Virus record (IMG/VR): IMGVR_UViG_3300038361_000164
Coordinates: 146,264-210,263 of that record
Reading direction: 5' to 3' (one strand)
DNA: 64,000 bases
Position numbers and translations under genes: made by a program. Within the stretch, counting starts at the first letter, position 1; each line of letters opens with the position of its first letter. Below the pieces are notes generated by a model. That model made no database searches, was not told where the DNA came from, and was given only the letters and a program-made list of their open reading frames with translations. This document shows positions 24,530-36,038 of the stretch, in pieces.

Positions 24530-27500
24530 TTACTCCTTTCTTTTACCGTAAAATTCTTCTTCCATGTCGGTACCAACTTCTGACCAAGCCCCAAAAGTTT
24601 CATACCATTCTGGGTAACTGGCTTTCCTGTTACCTAACATATTCATGTTAACAACAAAGTGCCCTAAATCATCCAATATTTTTTCGAAAAAGGATTCAAC
24701 GCTTAATAAAGTTTGTTCTTCATCAATTGCTTGATCGGTTAATACTGGTTTTTTACTCATTTCCCTGTTCTCCTTTGTAGACTCAATACTTTTAGTTTTT
24801 TTAATACACTTATCACAATAGTAACGAATTCCGGCAGAAGTCTCAGCACGGTTCAAGTACTTATGTTCATTGGGTTTACCCCAGTTCTTGTCCTCACCAG
24901 CCACACCATAACAACTATCACACAGAACTTCAAATGTTTTTATCTCTCTATATGTCATCTAGCCTCTCCTTTGCTTCTTGCTCTGTACTACATAAAGTTT
25001 CATAACAACTTTGCAAAGCACGAATTACGTGAGGTATCTCAACTTTGTCGATCATGACTAGGTGAATTTCTTTATCCTCATCCAATTCTTCTATCTCTAC
25101 CGCCTCGTCTATGGTTCTGATAGTTATGTTTGCACCTAGTTCACCATACCAGAAGGTAAACTTCTCATCTCTATGATATTTTTCCATTATCTACCTCGAA
25201 ACTCAGGTGTGTGAACCATACGAGTATCTGATGGGAAGACTTTATAATAATCTCCATCAACATAAGCAGACTGACATGTGCCACCTAGGGTTTTTTTATT
25301 CCACATAGCGTCGGCGTCTTCTTTTGTTAAACCATCCTCAATATCTATCCAACCGTCGAACATATCATATAATCTCAGTACAAAGGTCTCACCTTTATTC
25401 ACTTCATTTACTCCATCCACTTCGTCCGCTTCATTTATTTTTTCATAGTTGTGAGAGACTATTATATTAGCAATTTCATCGAGTAAAGCAGCTTTTTCCG
25501 CATCGCTTACCTTTTTCGGCCGGTATAGTGTACCGCCCGTCCTCAAGTCATTTTTTAATGAAAAGTTCTTACACATCGTCTGTATTTAACTTCGCAACTT
25601 TATCAGTAAAATCATCGACTGCGGTATCTGCTACTTGTTTTGCGTAATTATTTAAACGTGCCGGCGGTTCCAGCGGTCCAGTATCTTGTGGATTTGAAAG
25701 AATCACTGCTTGATACGTCTCTCTCCAAACTTCTAATAAGTCTCGTTCTTGTATTTCCATTTTATTCCTTTTAATTTACTAATTTTTTTCGATGCTTTCT
25801 TACTAACAAAGTCTTTTTCCATATCTCATTTCCTTTTTATGAAGTTAAAAAAAAGCCCCCCACAATGAAGGGGAGCTTTTCTAATTTACCATAAATTGTC
25901 TCTGCTTCGAAACCATCTACAACTGCTAATACAATTAACAGATTGCAAACAGCGTTTCAGTTCACATTGATACCAGTAGCATTTTTTACATGGCTTTTCG
26001 GCATATCCAGCCCATAAAATACCACCAGCAACAAGACAGCATCCAACTACAAAAGTAACAACTATCATGTTTTTTTACTCCTTCTCGTTCTCCATTTGTG
26101 AAACCATATCCACCCGTGATAGGCGAAGAAAACTATCCATACAATGTATACAACGGTTGCTATCATTTTATTTCTTCCACCAGATCTGAACAGCAGTTTC
26201 CCACTCTTCCATGACATCTTCCATGTCCTTACCATGCCAGATCCATATGCCGAGACCGACTAATGCCAGTACAACTGTGCCAAGACCTATTACTACTAGA
26301 ATAAGCCATAGTATTGAATAGGCTATCTTGACAACAAAGAGTACAAACCAGCCAATCAACAAGAGTAACAATCCAATAACTATTCTTCCCGCCAAAGGCG
26401 CTTCATATAATGTATTAAACATTTTCATTCCTTTCTTTTTAATTAAGTGTTATCTACTATTCTTATACCAAATTACAGAGATTTGAACTTGTTTATACTA
26501 TCGAAGATCCCGTTACCAAATTTTTCGAAGCCATCGCTTCTAACAAAACTTGGTCTGTGTTTTCTAAAACATTTCCAAATATTTTTACCGGTTTTTTCGG
26601 CATCAGCTAGATCGATACATAGTTTAAATTCTTTTAGTTCCTGCAATGAAAACGGCCAAACACCGCCACCCCACTTTATGTTATTCTGAAGTGCGTAGTT
26701 GAGTGCTAATAAGTTTGTCATTTCGCTATCCTTCATTACTTCTCCTTACTTATAGTCAGTACCATTGACTCGATTGATTTCCGCCAACAACTCTTTGCGA
26801 GTCGGGTGCGTCACATTGAACCAGTGATTTTCCGGGTTCTGTATCAAGGTACTCAAAGCATCGTTAAAATATCTAAAGGATTCAACTACTATCATTGTCT
26901 TTTTGTTATACACTATGTAGTAATGCCTAAGATCATCTGCCTCATACTGTTTCTTCCGTATAGCAGCTCGTATCTTTTTCAACTTCGCTTCAACATGTTC
27001 GAACGCCCTGTGAAAAGCATAAGGATCGCTGCGCCCATGACGCACTTTAAAAATACTTTCACCAGAGTGCATTGCAGCATCAATTGCCGCTTCGTCATCC
27101 ACATTATCTTCGGTTATCCCAAAAATACGTTCTAACGTATTACGCTGCCAATCCAATTCCTCAAAATACTTTTCAAAAGCATCTTTAGAAGGACTCAGCA
27201 CCGCTCCAACCCTTCCAGCCGCATAAGCTTTTTGGACTTCCTCTTTCATACTCTTAAGTATCAAAGTGGTCATCTCATGTAACTCATCAACTGGAAAAGC
27301 GTTTGCAAGCATAGTTACAAAGCGTGTTCTTTCTTCTTGATTCATGATTATTCTCTCATTTCTTCATCGCTAAATACTAGATTAGCGTGAATTTCACGTC
27401 CATCAGATAAAACAAATACTTCTTTAACCAAAGAGAAATCTACAATTGTAAGAGTCTCGTTATCAATTACATAAGTAGTTCCTAGCTTTGTTTCAAATTT

Positions 27501-28346
27501 AACTGTGTAATCTTCAAATGCTTCAACGCTTGTATGTATGTTATTTGTTAGTAGAGACAGACACGCAAGCATCAGTACTGCCACAAGTATTATTGTTGTT
27601 TTTGTCTTCATTTTTATTCCTTTATGTTTATGTTTATGTTTATGTTTACCTAAACCAAATCACAAGTGTAACATGTGTCATGGACACCTCTAAATTCGAA
27701 AGTGGGTCCTCCACATTTCTCACAGGTATATAACTACGAGTGTCTCTGACATATTTTCTCCTTTATTAAGGTGTTGTATCAATAAGGTTTTCCATTTCTC
27801 CTAAATAGGAAACGAAGTTTGCACCAATCATTTTACAGCTCTTGGCTTTACACCAAATGTTAAAGTTATCCATAAGCTCTATACAGGTGTCCTCCTCATA
27901 ACAAGTCAACACCTCTATTAATTCTATTAACTGCCCATTCATTTGTTTTCTTCCTTTTCTTTTTTATTTTCTTTTATTCTAAATTTTAATGGTGTTATGA
28001 AATCAGCACCAAGATCATCAGGTTTTAGGTATCTTAATTTTCTACTAAGAATATCTACAACCTTACGAGCAGTGATTTTCTCATCACGTTCCAAGGGAGT
28101 ATAATAATATGGGTTTATAACCTCACCAAGCATATTAGCAAGAGTGGGTTTAACATATTGTTCACAAAGCCTAGACAACACATTTACAAGATGTCTATTG
28201 CCTACCTCATCAAAAGGTAGGGCGCAATAACGACTATAAACACGTTTAAGCAAGTTATAGGAGTTATCCTTTTTTGTTGCTCGTATAAAGAGCATATCTG
28301 TTTTAGTCATTTCAATCCTTTCTAATTTATAAAAATCATCCGCCAA
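24530..28346 (-). CDS. Cluster of short early hypothetical genes, several membrane-spanning
   Basis: Packed co-oriented ORFs with SD-like motifs. Confidence 0.55.
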
Positions 28347-28385
28347 TACCTCGCCAAAATGGCGAGATACTGACGGGAAAATGCT

Positions 28386-28661
28386 CTAGTCCAGTTCCTC
28401 TGGAATGGTAATTACCATATCGTTTTCCTCTCCAATAGTCATCCAGCCTGTTACCATACCTACAGGAGGAACAAGACCAACTATTCTAATAACTTCAGTT
28501 TTATATGGAGGCTCAAAATCGAGATTTGATAATTTAACAATGTTCCTTACCCATCCAAAGCCTATACCTAATACAAGTATAGCACCTACTACGAGGATTA
28601 TTAATAATTCAAGTAAGGTGAATCCCTTTGTATTTTTCATTTTGTTTATTCCTTTACTCAT
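28386..28661 (-). CDS. Small membrane protein with a type IV prepilin (class III) signal peptide
   Basis: KNTKG/FTLLELLIILVV matches the G-F-x-x-x-E prepilin cleavage/methylation motif. Confidence 0.7.
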   Translation of the reverse strand: MSKGINKMKNTKGFTLLELLIILVVGAILVLGIGFGWVRNIVKLSNLDFEPPYKTEVIRIVGLVPPVGMVTGWMTIGEENDMVITIPEELD

Positions 28662-28705
28662 TTGTGAAAATATAACGCGCTCCGCGCATTGTTTATTTTT
28701 TTAGT

Positions 28706-31223
28706 TTACAACACTATAACTCTATATGATTTGACATAAAAAGCCAAGGTTCGGCTATTATACATCTCCCCACGGGTTAAAGTATATGCCGGGTTTCGGT
28801 CTGTTGATTTGTAAGCCCGTAGATAATATACCTCTTGCTCTGCAACAGGAGATTTTATCATTAACCTCTCTCCTTTCAACCACAAGTTTTCAGCGGTTGG
28901 AGGAAGCGTTGTTTGGTAAGATACTGTATCCGTCTCACCAAATCGATCATGTATTTCAACAAATACAATTTGTGACGGCATTTCCATTACCAACATTTCT
29001 TCTACTGACATAGGCACTGGAAACGCGAGTTCTATTACAATAAATGCCGCCCATAAGCCGGCACATATCATAAGTGTTTTTTTCCACGAAATGGGTTTAT
29101 CCATTTTATTCCTTTCTGTTAATAAGCTCTTTTTATTTGATTGCTGTTAATTACAAAGTGTAATTTAGTAATTTCATCATAAAGCATCATATCTCTTTTT
29201 ACAAGAAAAATTCCTCCAAACTCACCAACACCTTCAAAGCTGTGAAAGCGTCCAATTTCTGCAATTAAGTATTTTACTCTAACAGGCATTTCATCAAACT
29301 TTTGTTTAACTTCGCCTTTTCGTGATTTATTTATCTCAAAATACCCGTCCCACCCAATAACATTAATCCAATCACCAACCTTAAGAGGGGGCTCATCACC
29401 TATAATAGTATATATGTTGAAATCTACTTGTATTTCTGCTGGAAGATGTCTAAAAAGTAATCCACGTACCTTTACAGTATCTACAATAGGGGCACCCTCT
29501 TCAAGCATGTGTAAAGTAAAATCTCGCGCTCCCTCTTCCCAACTATCAAATTGACAGATCGGAAGTGAAGAGTACGTGTGACTAATACTTATTCCAGTTG
29601 GACTGTGAGTTGCTGTAACTTTAAACATAGTAATTGCCTCCTGTATTTAACCAGTCCATACTCAAATCCCTCTTTACCCAGATAAAAGCACCTGTGAGTA
29701 CAGCAGCACTACTAGCTGCCCAAATCAGTACTAATATCGCGTCTACTGTAGAATTAATGACTATTAAACCAAACACTAACCAAAAGACTAACCATGTCAG
29801 AGCAACATACAATCCCGTAAAGAATATGATTCCATAAATCTTACTTATCCCTAATACTTTAACCAATCCTACCCAACTACTACTTACATTGAGCACACTT
29901 ATGCCCACAATAAGAATAGTGAATACAACAGGACATATTGCTAGTGTCAAAAACCAAGGACCAGAATATCCAAGCAAGTAGCAAAGAATTGGAGCGAAAA
30001 TGCTACTCACATACAGAACAGTTTTTGTTACTAAAGATGAGAACTGTAATACAGTCATATTCATTAGTTATTTCCTTTCTGATGATTTCTCTTTTTATTT
30101 TTTTTATCACCTTCTTTAGGACCAGTTTTCGGGGTCTGCACATTAGCAGCCGCAGGTGGAGTAAATGATGTTTTAGTAATTTTTCCACCTTCTTCTCTAG
30201 TTACAAAGTAACCACGTCTTCGTGCTTTACTAACTTGACGTCCAGTTATTCCAAACTTCTCACCAAGTTCTTTATTAGTTTCTCTTGCGCTCATACTCTA
30301 TCTCCTTTTTTGTGAATTAAATTGAAGGAGTCGAACCTTCATATACCAGTATTCTTATACCAAATTACAGGAGATTCTTAAGGTAAAAAGAAGAACCAAA
30401 GTCCTTCCTTTTTTAGACATAACCCACCCAATGGACGGGGATCGACTTCAATCAAACTGTCTATCTAGTTTACGTCAGAAGGTCCATTCTCATCTTCATA
30501 ATCAAGGATCATTTCCATGACTAGTTTACCGTAGTAAGGATATCCTCCCTCTCCAGTATGCATAAAACCTTCACTATTTCTAGCATCAATAGCATATGAA
30601 AGAGTGCAGGCGTTATTGTGTTCTTGTGACAGAATTCCAATAATTTTGGATTTAGGAAACTCTGTTTGAAGTTCAAGAATATGTTCCTCTTTTATAGGAC
30701 CTTGGCTTCCTATATGTTCTCCGATAATAACATAATCCGGTTCAAAAGGTCTATCTGGATTATTTATATAGTTATTGTAATGCCATTCCATTACTGTGTT
30801 TTTTAACTTCTCAGGACGTAGAACATCTTTTCGAGGCATATCTGTTTTTGGAGACATGTGTTTTAGGACTGTTTCTTTTTTAAAGAATAACAGCACCGGT
30901 CGCAGCTCATCGGCTTTACTAAGCCACTCTTCGTTGCTGCGTCCGTGTCTATATGCTTTGTTTATCACATATGCAAATTTTAAACATCTTGCCAACCACC
31001 TATTTACATATAGACCTTTGCCATCACACTGTATTAACTTGTCACCCATAGTTATCATTAACTCCCTAATGACTTCATCAGTAAGCATTCCGACAACATG
31101 AGCAAACCCGTAATACGGAAACATCTTTTCGAGTTGTTCGTATTTTTCGATATTAGCATTGCTTAAGCGTCCTCGTCTGGTTCCTGTATGTGCTTCTTGT
31201 AAGTATGTAATATTTGTATTCAT
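28706..31223 (-). CDS. Hypothetical genes, including a multi-TM protein (29621-30064), a small basic HTH-like protein (30064-30294) and a 252-aa protein (30465-31223)
   Basis: ORF track; hydrophobicity; TNKELGEKFGITGRQVSK HTH-like pattern. Confidence 0.55.
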
Positions 31224-31329
31224 TCTTTATCTTCCTTTCTTTTTTTTTGATAATTAAGATTTGATTACATACTATTCTTATACCAATTTTAAGCTAAAAA
31301 AAGAGAAGGGGGTCCGTCTCTTTTTCCTT

Positions 31330-32500
31330 ACTACTAAAAATAGAAAAGAATTTACATTTAGTTGAGGTTTACACGAAAGATAGACTCGGCACTTCGTAGA
31401 AGGGCTGAACAATCTTTCTTGTTTACGTCAAGTATATGCAAATTCAATTGCCATTCTGTGAATTCTCTATACCTAGAGAGTTCTTGTTTCGTTCAGATAT
31501 TCCCATACCTGCGTATGCGTAGCACATGCGTTTAAACGAATCTAGTAAAATTAAATGTTTGGGCTTTTTACTACAAAGCGGCAAGAGATGTTTAAACCTT
31601 GGTTTACTCATCTTGATTTGCCAAGTAATTAGTTGGAACCCAGGCACGTAACGTACCTGTAGACATAGTCTAGTAAAAAGTTTGGATAGTTATTTATCAC
31701 TAAAGAAGTACGGTTTCGAATAGTATACCCTACGTATTATGGTTTGGCTGGATACTTGCGGGTTAAGACGAGCTTATTGTGGGACCGCAGTCCCATTCAA
31801 GCGCTGTCTTATCCGGCGCTAAGTAGTCGGTCGAAACATAATACACTTGGTATACTAAGTGGAACCTGGTTCTCTCGAACATACTCTATGTTCTTTGTTT
31901 AAGTCTGTTAGTTTACAGACTTCCATATGCGAAACGCATCTGTTAAACGGTCTAATAAATAAGTTGGTTTTCCTTCACTACTAAAGGTCGAAGAAGCTTC
32001 TCTTATTCGCGGCTATTTACATTTCATCCTTCTGAGAGTACTTCACCGTAGAGACACTTCGTAAAAGTTAATCCTTGAATAACTTTGCGGAGGGTTTCCT
32101 GAAGTAGGATCAGAAGGGTACAATGAAACGGAAATAGGGGTGAATTCGTTGGGACCAGAGGAGATTCGAGATCTTTGGATGGAGACCATATCGAATAAAG
32201 GAATAATCGTTCGGACATGCTGTTCGACCGTTTACCGATGTTGGAGTTCCGGCATTAAGATTTAAGGCTGGAACGACCTAACCCGGTAAATGGTTCGGGA
32301 CAGTGTCTGAATGTTATACCATATTTTGATATGCGGAAATAAGTAAACAGTAGCCTTACGCGGTTGTTTACGGTTTCCTTGTCTGGAGTTATTAACGAAA
32401 AAGAAATAAGTCAATAACGATCAAATGCGAAACGCATCTGTGAGAATTCTAGTAAAGGTGAGTCCGTAGGTGAAACGGACTCTAAAAGAAAGGAATATAA
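31330..32500. ncRNA. Candidate large structured non-coding RNA (strand uncertain)
   Basis: ~1.2 kb with no credible ORF in either code; long helices (32211-32310, 32460-32482); repeated ATGCGAAACGCATCTGT at 31927 and 32425. Confidence 0.45.
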
Positions 32501-32544
32501 CATGAGGTCATATTACATAATTCTTATACCCTATAATATTTTTT

Positions 32545-32965
32545 TAGTTGGTAAGCTCGAAGGTGAATCGAGCTATTTGTTACCAAACCCATTATAAGGA
32601 GAGCTGTAAACTAAGCAATACCCAAATTCTCGATATTACTTCTCTGTTACAGGGATGAATGAAAGGTTGTCTGTCACGATCCGCTAAGATCATAACTATA
32701 GGATTCCATTAACTGGAGCCTGCCCATTATCCCGGGCCAGTTACTTTATTTGTGGAAAGTATAAACCTGTGGGTTGAATCTCACCTATGAGCAGTTAATT
32801 GACAAATACTCGATTCAGAACGACAAGCGTTCAAAGCAGAAGCGTAGAGCAGGAAGATAGAGAGATGGACTCTACGCCATGGATATTCGTCCGAAGACAA
32901 ATATCGTAAATCAATCTCGGAGGGCTAAGTATGTGTGGCCACACAATATAAGCAATCTCCGAGTA
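32545..32965 (-). ncRNA. Candidate structured non-coding RNA downstream of a tRNA-like element
   Basis: Successive hairpins, including a C(UUCG)G tetraloop stem with a G-U pair on the minus strand at 32882-32905. Confidence 0.45.
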
Positions 32966-32974
32966 TTAAAGACA

Positions 32975-33065
32975 CTGTCGTACCGAGACTCGAACTCGGG
33001 AAGGACTCAAAGTCCCACTGTCCGCTTAATTTGTACTCCAGGGCGATCAGGACCTGGCCACGCAG
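32975..33065 (-). tRNA. Aberrant tRNA-Gln(UUG)-like element
   Basis: Canonical T arm CCGAG-TTCGAGT-CTCGG; GGGA-CTTTGAG-TCCT anticodon arm; bulged acceptor CTGCGTG/TACGACAG; enlarged D region. Confidence 0.5.
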
Positions 33066-33172
33066 TTCTTTAATAAGTTTAAATCTTTAGTAATCTCTTA
33101 CTCATCATTCTTATACCAATTTTTGATAAAATAATCCTTTACACTTACACGGGAGTATTATATATTAACAAT

Positions 33173-33472
33173 ATGGACAAATCTACATATGTTTTCGAAA
33201 AGCTGGCGAATAAACTAAACAATAAACCACAATGAGTTAAGGACCTTGTTCCTGGAGCTGCATCTGGAGTGGTCACTAGTTTAATGTTTCACCCATTAGA
33301 TACGTTACAAGTGTTGAGACAAACAGAGAAAAAAATGCCTAACGTAACTTTAAAAAGATTGTATAAAGGGGTAGGATTAAAATTGTTAAAGCAAGTACCT
33401 ACTATGGCAGTAGGCTACGGTGTGTACGGTGCTACAAAACGATATGTGGAAAATAAGTCTTCGGTTACTTAA
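33173..33472 (+). CDS. Leader-bearing protein consisting of one mitochondrial-carrier (Solcar)-like repeat (TGA=Trp at 33233)
   Basis: MDKSTYVFEKLA...(W)VKDLVPGAASGVVTSLMFHPLDTLQVLRQ...LYKGVGLKLLKQVPTMAVGYGVYGATK. Confidence 0.7.
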
Positions 33473-33632
33473 TATATAATACAACAAAAAAGTTTTAAAA
33501 AAACATTATCAATAAAACTCTTTGCGTGTATACATAGATTGTGTATATTAAAGAACACAAGTAGAAAAATTATACCTGAGCTGCTTCAGGGGTTTTAAGC
33601 AGTAATTAAACTAAATAATGGAGATCATTATA

Positions 33633-34106
33633 ATGGACAAAGCAGAATTAATAATGGAAAAGATCGCCGCAGGTGGACATTTTAGAGCAGCTGGCAGCTC
33701 AATATACAAAGGCGTAAGAAGTGCAGCAGGCACAGCTAGAGGTCAAGTATCCAAAGGTTGGGCAGGCATCAAAGGTGGAGCTACTGTAGGTAAAGCCAAA
33801 GCAATGGAATACGCTGGATCAGCAAAAGCAAAAGCAGGAAAAGCTTACAGCAAAGGCAAAGATAAAGCAACAGCGGCTTATGAAAAAGCTAAAACTAAAG
33901 TTAAGGGAACAAAAGCTGCAAAGGATATTGGTGTAATGAAAGCACATAATAAAACAAGTAAATCCTATAAAGGTGCAAGAAAACGTACTGCAATTCGTGC
34001 AGGAGTTGTTGGAGCGGGAGCTATTGCGTCCGGTGGAGCTGCATATGCATTATCTAAGAAAGCAGAACTTGCATTAGAAAAATTAGCTGAAGCATATCTT
34101 TCATAA
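33633..34106 (+). CDS. Basic Ala/Lys-rich putative internal virion protein with MDKAELIMEKIA leader
   Basis: Leader motif at the N-terminus and repeated at the C-terminus (KAELALEKLA). Confidence 0.65.
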   Translation: MDKAELIMEKIAAGGHFRAAGSSIYKGVRSAAGTARGQVSKGWAGIKGGATVGKAKAMEYAGSAKAKAGKAYSKGKDKATAAYEKAKTKVKGTKAAKDIGVMKAHNKTSKSYKGARKRTAIRAGVVGAGAIASGGAAYALSKKAELALEKLAEAYLS

Positions 34107-34123
34107 ATAAATAAATCAATAGT

Positions 34124-35443
34124 ATGGCAATCGGAATTCCGGATATCAAAATGTTTCGGGCTTTTCCGACTGTAAACAGTCCTCAAAAGGGAACTTTTAA
34201 TATACAACTACATGAAGCGGATCGTGCAGGAAGACATTACGACATTCGTATTGTTCTTCCTGGATCTTCTCATGCGTATTCCTGAGCTGCCAGAAAACTC
34301 CCAACATCTGGACAGAAGGTAATGGCCATCGAACAACCAACTCACACGGAAAGCTATGTGGGTTGGTCTGGTACTATATCAAAAGGATATGGGAAAGGGA
34401 CAGTGCGCTCAATTGTTAAAGAGCCAATCGAAGTCCTAGAAGCTACAGTAAATAAAGTTGTTTTTAACATATACACAGGAAACTCGGCAACTCGCTATCT
34501 ACTAAAAAGAACTGGTGCGAAAGAATGGTTATGATATAACTATACTCTTACCACAGATAATACCGCAATACCTACCAAAAAACCTTCCTATAAAGAAATA
34601 GAGTTCTCAGCCCTTACAACTCTAAATAAAGAAGAAGTACATTCTCCTAAATTAGACGGAGCACATAATATAATTCGATTGCGACCAGAAAAACGGATAG
34701 ATATTTATTCTTATAGAAAAAGTAAAAAAGGAAAAGAGAGAATAGATCATACATATAAAACAGATTTGTATAAAATAAGATCGCCAAAAGAATTTGGTGA
34801 CTCGGTTATTAGAGGTGAATTATATGTTCCCGGAAAAACTTCTACGGAAACTGGATCTATTTTAAACTCGAACGTATGAAAAGCTAGAAAGAAACAACAA
34901 GAATCAAACAACTCTTTAGATATTAGGATTTATAATATTGACACTTACAAAGGAAAAGATGTAAGCAAGAAACCTTATAGAGAAAAACTTTTAATGTTAC
35001 AAGAGATTAGTCGTCGAATTCCTCAACTTAAAATGATGGAATTAGCGCGTACACAAGGCGAAAAGTTAAAACTAATAGACCAGATCAAACACAAAAAACA
35101 TAAGGAAACGGAGGAGGGAATTGTTGTATTTAATCTCAATAACCCTACACCTGTCAAAGCTAAAATAGCATCAGACTATGATGTGCTTATTACAGGAACA
35201 TTTCCAGCAAAGCCTGGAACTAAATATCACGGAAACGCTATCGGCGGTTTTTTGGGACGACCAGAGAACAGTAACATTATTATTAGAATAGGTAGCGGCT
35301 TAACAGATCAGATTAGAAGAAGTGCTTATACTAATCCTGAAAAATACGCAGGACAGTGAGCAAAAGTAAAAGCTAACTCTAAATTAAAGAGTGGCAAATA
35401 CCGTCATCCAAGATTTATTGAATGACGTTATGAAAAATTTTAA
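34124..35443 (+). CDS. LigD 3'-phosphoesterase domain fused to ATP-dependent DNA ligase (5 in-frame TGA)
   Basis: QLHEADRAGRHYDIRI...S(W)AARKLP...YGKGTV (PE domain); SPKLDG, EEGIV, IGSGLT, RHPRFIE(W)R (ligase and OB fold). Confidence 0.85.
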
Positions 35444-35456
35444 AGGAGAAAATACA

Positions 35457-36038
35457 ATGGACAAAGCAGAATTTATATTTGAAAAGATTGCAGTAAGTGG
35501 CAAACTCTTTGGCAAAGCATTAAAAAGTAGAGTAAAAGATGTTCGTAAAGCCTATAAAACTGATTACAGTAAGGGATCTAAATTACACGAAAAAACCTTA
35601 AATCAAACACAAGGACGTACTATACGAAAAGGATTGAAAAAAATTCATAAAAAATCAGGTGGAAAAGGAAAAAACTATTATGGATCTAAAACCGAAAGAG
35701 CTATGACAGAAGTACATAGCAGAGTTTTAACTACTCCTAAAATGAAATATTTTTCACCCACTAAATCTCAAAATATGTACAATAAATCTATGAGTAAGAA
35801 AGCAGCTGTAAGTACTAAATTCCGAAATATGAGTAAGCTAGCCGTTTTAGGGCTTGCCGCAAAAGCTTTTGCAAAGGTTACTAGACGTGTTAGTGCTTTA
35901 AAAAATTTAAAAAAACCAGCAGTTAGAGCAAGGGTGTATAAACACATAAAAACTAAAAACCCTTTATCTTCGACAGCAAAGTTTAAAAGTATGAAAAAAA
36001 TACAACGACTTGGAGATGCCCCAAAGTTTGATATTTAA
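35457..36038 (+). CDS. Highly basic putative internal virion protein with MDKAEFIFEKIA leader
   Basis: AAGGAG RBS before ATG 35457. Confidence 0.65.
   Translation: MDKAEFIFEKIAVSGKLFGKALKSRVKDVRKAYKTDYSKGSKLHEKTLNQTQGRTIRKGLKKIHKKSGGKGKNYYGSKTERAMTEVHSRVLTTPKMKYFSPTKSQNMYNKSMSKKAAVSTKFRNMSKLAVLGLAAKAFAKVTRRVSALKNLKKPAVRARVYKHIKTKNPLSSTAKFKSMKKIQRLGDAPKFDI

Larger units (their letters stand above)
12234..33117 (-). promoter_or_regulatory. Repeated early-promoter motif GGTATAAGAA (11 copies)
   Basis: TTCTTATACC on + at 12234, 12679, 13151, 19358, 20531, 21484, 26460, 30352, 31275, 32521 and 33108; all intergenic and pointing into minus-strand units. Confidence 0.8.

Noticed and set aside
27621-27648. 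(TTTATG)n microsatellite
   Set aside because: Short simple repeat with no evidence of function
1080-30168. Plus-strand track ORFs overlapping the minus-strand early genes, and minus-strand ORFs inside late genes
   Set aside because: Antisense shadows of better-supported genes that have RBSs, operon packing and motifs
31655-31675. Group I intron suggested by AGACATAGTCT (S-element-like)
   Set aside because: No matching R element/P7 partner or interrupted host gene could be identified by eye
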